A DNA stretch of 63,995 bases, counting the filler, from Lama guanicoe (lineage: Eukaryota): NCBI GenBank assembly GCA_013239625.1. It is 176 parts of 176 records of this genome, joined end to end, with 100 filler letters (N's around TTAATTAATTAA, not from the genome) between each part and the next. Parts side by side here need not be neighbours in the genome. Positions count along the whole stretch, not along the records: positions 61,906 to 62,170 come from PNXV01050671.1; positions 62,271 to 62,535 come from PNXV01050672.1; positions 62,636 to 62,900 come from PNXV01050673.1; positions 63,001 to 63,265 come from PNXV01050674.1; positions 63,366 to 63,630 come from PNXV01050675.1; positions 63,731 to 63,995 come from PNXV01050676.1; 170 more parts are not named here. One strand, written 5' to 3'. The position numbers and the translations under genes were made by a program. The notes below the pieces were generated by a model. The model was not told where the DNA came from. It saw only the letters and a program-made list of their open reading frames with translations, and did no database searches. Positions 61,906 to 63,995 of the stretch are shown in pieces. Each line of letters opens with the position of its first letter. Position 1 is the stretch's first letter.

Positions 61906-62116
61906 TTCAGCAAATGGTGTTGGGAACACTGGACAGCAGCAGGTAAATCAATAATGTTAGAACAACTCCCACACACTATACACAAAAGTAAACTGAAAAT
62001 GGCTTAAAGAATTAAATATAAGACAAGACAGTCTAAATCTCCTAGAAGAAAACATAGGCAAAATATTCTCTGCATAAATCTTAGCAATATCCTCCTCGGG
62101 CAGTCTACCTACAATA
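61906..62116 (+). mobile_element. Lineage-specific LINE-1 ORF2 fragment
   Basis: 'ttcagcaaatggtgttgggaa...aaatggcttaaaga...ctcctagaagaaaacataggcaaaa'. Confidence 0.9.
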
Positions 62117-62754
62117 GAACACCTAGACACCTCTTCATACCACGATTCCACAGTGTTCAAAACAGTAATTNNNNNNNNNNNNNNNNNNNNNNNNNNNNNN
62201 NNNNNNNNNNNNNNTTAATTAATTAANNNNNNNNNNNNNNNNNNNNNNNNNNNNNNNNNNNNNNNNNNNNAGTCCTTGTCCCCAGTTTCTTTCCCTGGGA
62301 GAGAAATTACTACCTGTGAGGCAGTATATAACTGGGTGGTGACATTTTCTCAGGCTCCCTGAAGGTCTGAGTGAGCCAAGATGTATGTGTACTTCTCGCT
62401 TTCTTTATCTGATGCTGATCTTCACTGCCCGAGGCTCCCACTGAGTTGCCCCCACCTCTACTTCCTACCAGTCAAGGTTAGTAGCATTGCACGTGGGTAC
62501 TGAGACCCTGGGACATTGGAGTGTTTGCCCCCCAANNNNNNNNNNNNNNNNNNNNNNNNNNNNNNNNNNNNNNNNNNNNTTAATTAATTAANNNNNNNNN
62601 NNNNNNNNNNNNNNNNNNNNNNNNNNNNNNNNNNNTAGAGACTTGTCTCCCAACAACAGAGGGGACACCCCATTCCATGATGACCTGTGGAATAGGGACT
62701 TGAAGTCAGATTTAACTTGGTTAAAAGAAAATAAAGAAATAAATTTTTTAAAAT

Positions 62755-62900
62755 TTTGTTTTTTATCAAAGTATAATTAATTTACAATGTTAGTTTCAGG
62801 TGTACAGCAAAGCAATTCAGTTACACGTATACATATATATATTATATCAGATTCTTTTCTGTTCTGTGTTATTACAAGAAATTGAATATAGTTCCCTGTG
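62755..62900 (-). mobile_element. LINE-1 3' terminus
   Basis: 'tttacaatgttagtttcaggtgtacagcaaag...ttcagtta...attgaatatagttccctgtg'. Confidence 0.85.
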
Positions 62901-63000
62901 NNNNNNNNNNNNNNNNNNNNNNNNNNNNNNNNNNNNNNNNNNNNTTAATTAATTAANNNNNNNNNNNNNNNNNNNNNNNNNNNNNNNNNNNNNNNNNNNN

Positions 63001-63265
63001 GAAAAAAAGATGCAGCCTAGGACACTTTATCCAGCAAGGCTATCCTTTAAAATAGAAGGAGACAGAAAGAATTTCACACACAAGCAGAAACTAAGAGTTT
63101 AGCAACACTAAACCCATGCTAAAAGAAGTATAGACAGGTCTACTCTAAATAGAAAAGAGGCACTATGCTACAAAAAATGAGAAACTCATAACTGGAAAGG
63201 TGATAACTACCATGAATAAAAAAAGAATAAACACAAAATTGTAAAAGAAGACATCTAAATCATTA
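63001..63265 (+). mobile_element. LINE-1 ORF1 end and inter-ORF spacer
   Basis: EKKMQPRTLYPARLSFKIEGDRKNFTHKQKL; overlaps the family sequence at 44168-44306. Confidence 0.92.
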
Positions 63266-63365
63266 NNNNNNNNNNNNNNNNNNNNNNNNNNNNNNNNNNN
63301 NNNNNNNNNTTAATTAATTAANNNNNNNNNNNNNNNNNNNNNNNNNNNNNNNNNNNNNNNNNNNN

Positions 63366-63457
63366 GAATCAGGAACTCAGGGGTTAGGACCCGGGAATCT
63401 GTGTTTTCAGAAGACTTTCAGGTGATAATGATGGATGCTGAAGAGAAAGAACCACTG
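63366..63457. mobile_element. MER5A-like hAT MITE half
   Basis: 'gaatcaggaactc...gggaatctgtgtttt...caggtgat...agaaccactg' followed by ctcta. Confidence 0.7.
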
Positions 63458-63995
63458 CTCTACGCGCTGGGGGAAAAAAGAAAATGTTGAAAGATTGTTT
63501 TCTGAAGACACAGAACCACATTAATTTATTGAGGCCAAAATGGAGAAGGAAGGCATTGACTTCTTGCTACAAAAATGCTAGCTCCATCCTCCAGCAGTGC
63601 TCAGCCAGAGCCATCTGGGGTCCTGCCTGGNNNNNNNNNNNNNNNNNNNNNNNNNNNNNNNNNNNNNNNNNNNNTTAATTAATTAANNNNNNNNNNNNNN
63701 NNNNNNNNNNNNNNNNNNNNNNNNNNNNNNATGTGGGAGCAGTCCCTGTGTGCCCGAGGAAGGAAGGAGCTGCTTGTGTTGCAGAGATGGTAATAGGTGT
63801 CCCCTGCAGCAGGGAGGATTGCAGTCAGACTTGGGGAAGAACTTCCAGATGTTGTGAGTATAAGAGGATGTGTCCTAGAGATCTAACTGAAAGAAGGAGG
63901 GCATAGGGACCCCTGACCTTTGCCAGGTCAGGGTGTGTGTAAGATACAAGTGAGGGTCCTCCGGTCAGAGACCACAACCCACATGTCTTGCTTGG

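Larger units (their letters stand above)
1..63995. other. Artificial pseudo-scaffold: ~176 contigs of 260-265 bp joined by N44-TTAATTAATTAA-N44 linkers (first 12-mer at 309-320)
   Basis: Same 100-bp spacer every 364-365 bp; the palindromic 12-mer has TAA in all three frames on each strand; contig length steps from 264 to 265 bp at 49139; adjacent contigs are unrelated. Confidence 0.99.

Noticed and set aside
499..63678. Most ORFs in the supplied track, including those ending in X-runs plus LIN or N
   Set aside because: They pass the length cut-off only by reading through Ns into the linker, or are chance or antisense frames in repeats and GC-rich DNA.
265..63730. Regularly spaced identical palindrome TTAATTAATTAA with unique equal-length intervening sequences, superficially a CRISPR-like or cassette array
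   Set aside because: The repeat sits inside fixed 44-N pads, is a six-frame stop linker, and separates length-sorted mammalian contigs. It is a bioinformatic join, not biology.
1..63995. Apparent clustering of OR genes, ERV parts and pseudogenes as a multi-gene system
   Set aside because: Contig order reflects length sorting, so adjacency has no genomic meaning.

Overview
This window is not a contiguous locus. It is an artificial concatenation of about 176 tiny unplaced contigs, nearly all 264 bp up to ~49,040 and 265 bp after that, so they are sorted by length. Each join is a 100-bp spacer of 44 N + TTAATTAATTAA + 44 N. The 12-mer is palindromic and puts a stop codon in all six frames. The DNA is eutherian mammal, and four copies of a tRNA-derived SINE matching the camelid Vic-1 type point to a camelid (alpaca, llama, vicuna or camel). 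Most contigs are transposon fragments (L1, ERVL, ERV/MaLR LTRs, Tigger, Charlie/MER5/MER3, MIR), simple repeats or anonymous DNA. Recognisable genic pieces: exons of USH2A and ITGA7; three olfactory receptor fragments, one with an in-frame deletion of the DRY motif; processed pseudogenes of VPS36, RPL36 and JAKMIP1; a degenerate but still CpG-rich FOXI3-like copy; and an uninterrupted betaretroviral (JSRV-like) Gag matrix fragment. Four contig pairs share exactly 49 identical bases at both ends, the signature of unmerged de Bruijn bubbles at k of about 49. Neighbouring contigs are not genomic neighbours, so no multi-gene system can be inferred and I found none. The best leads are single-contig observations. 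All protein and repeat identifications are by recognition from memory, not database searches.
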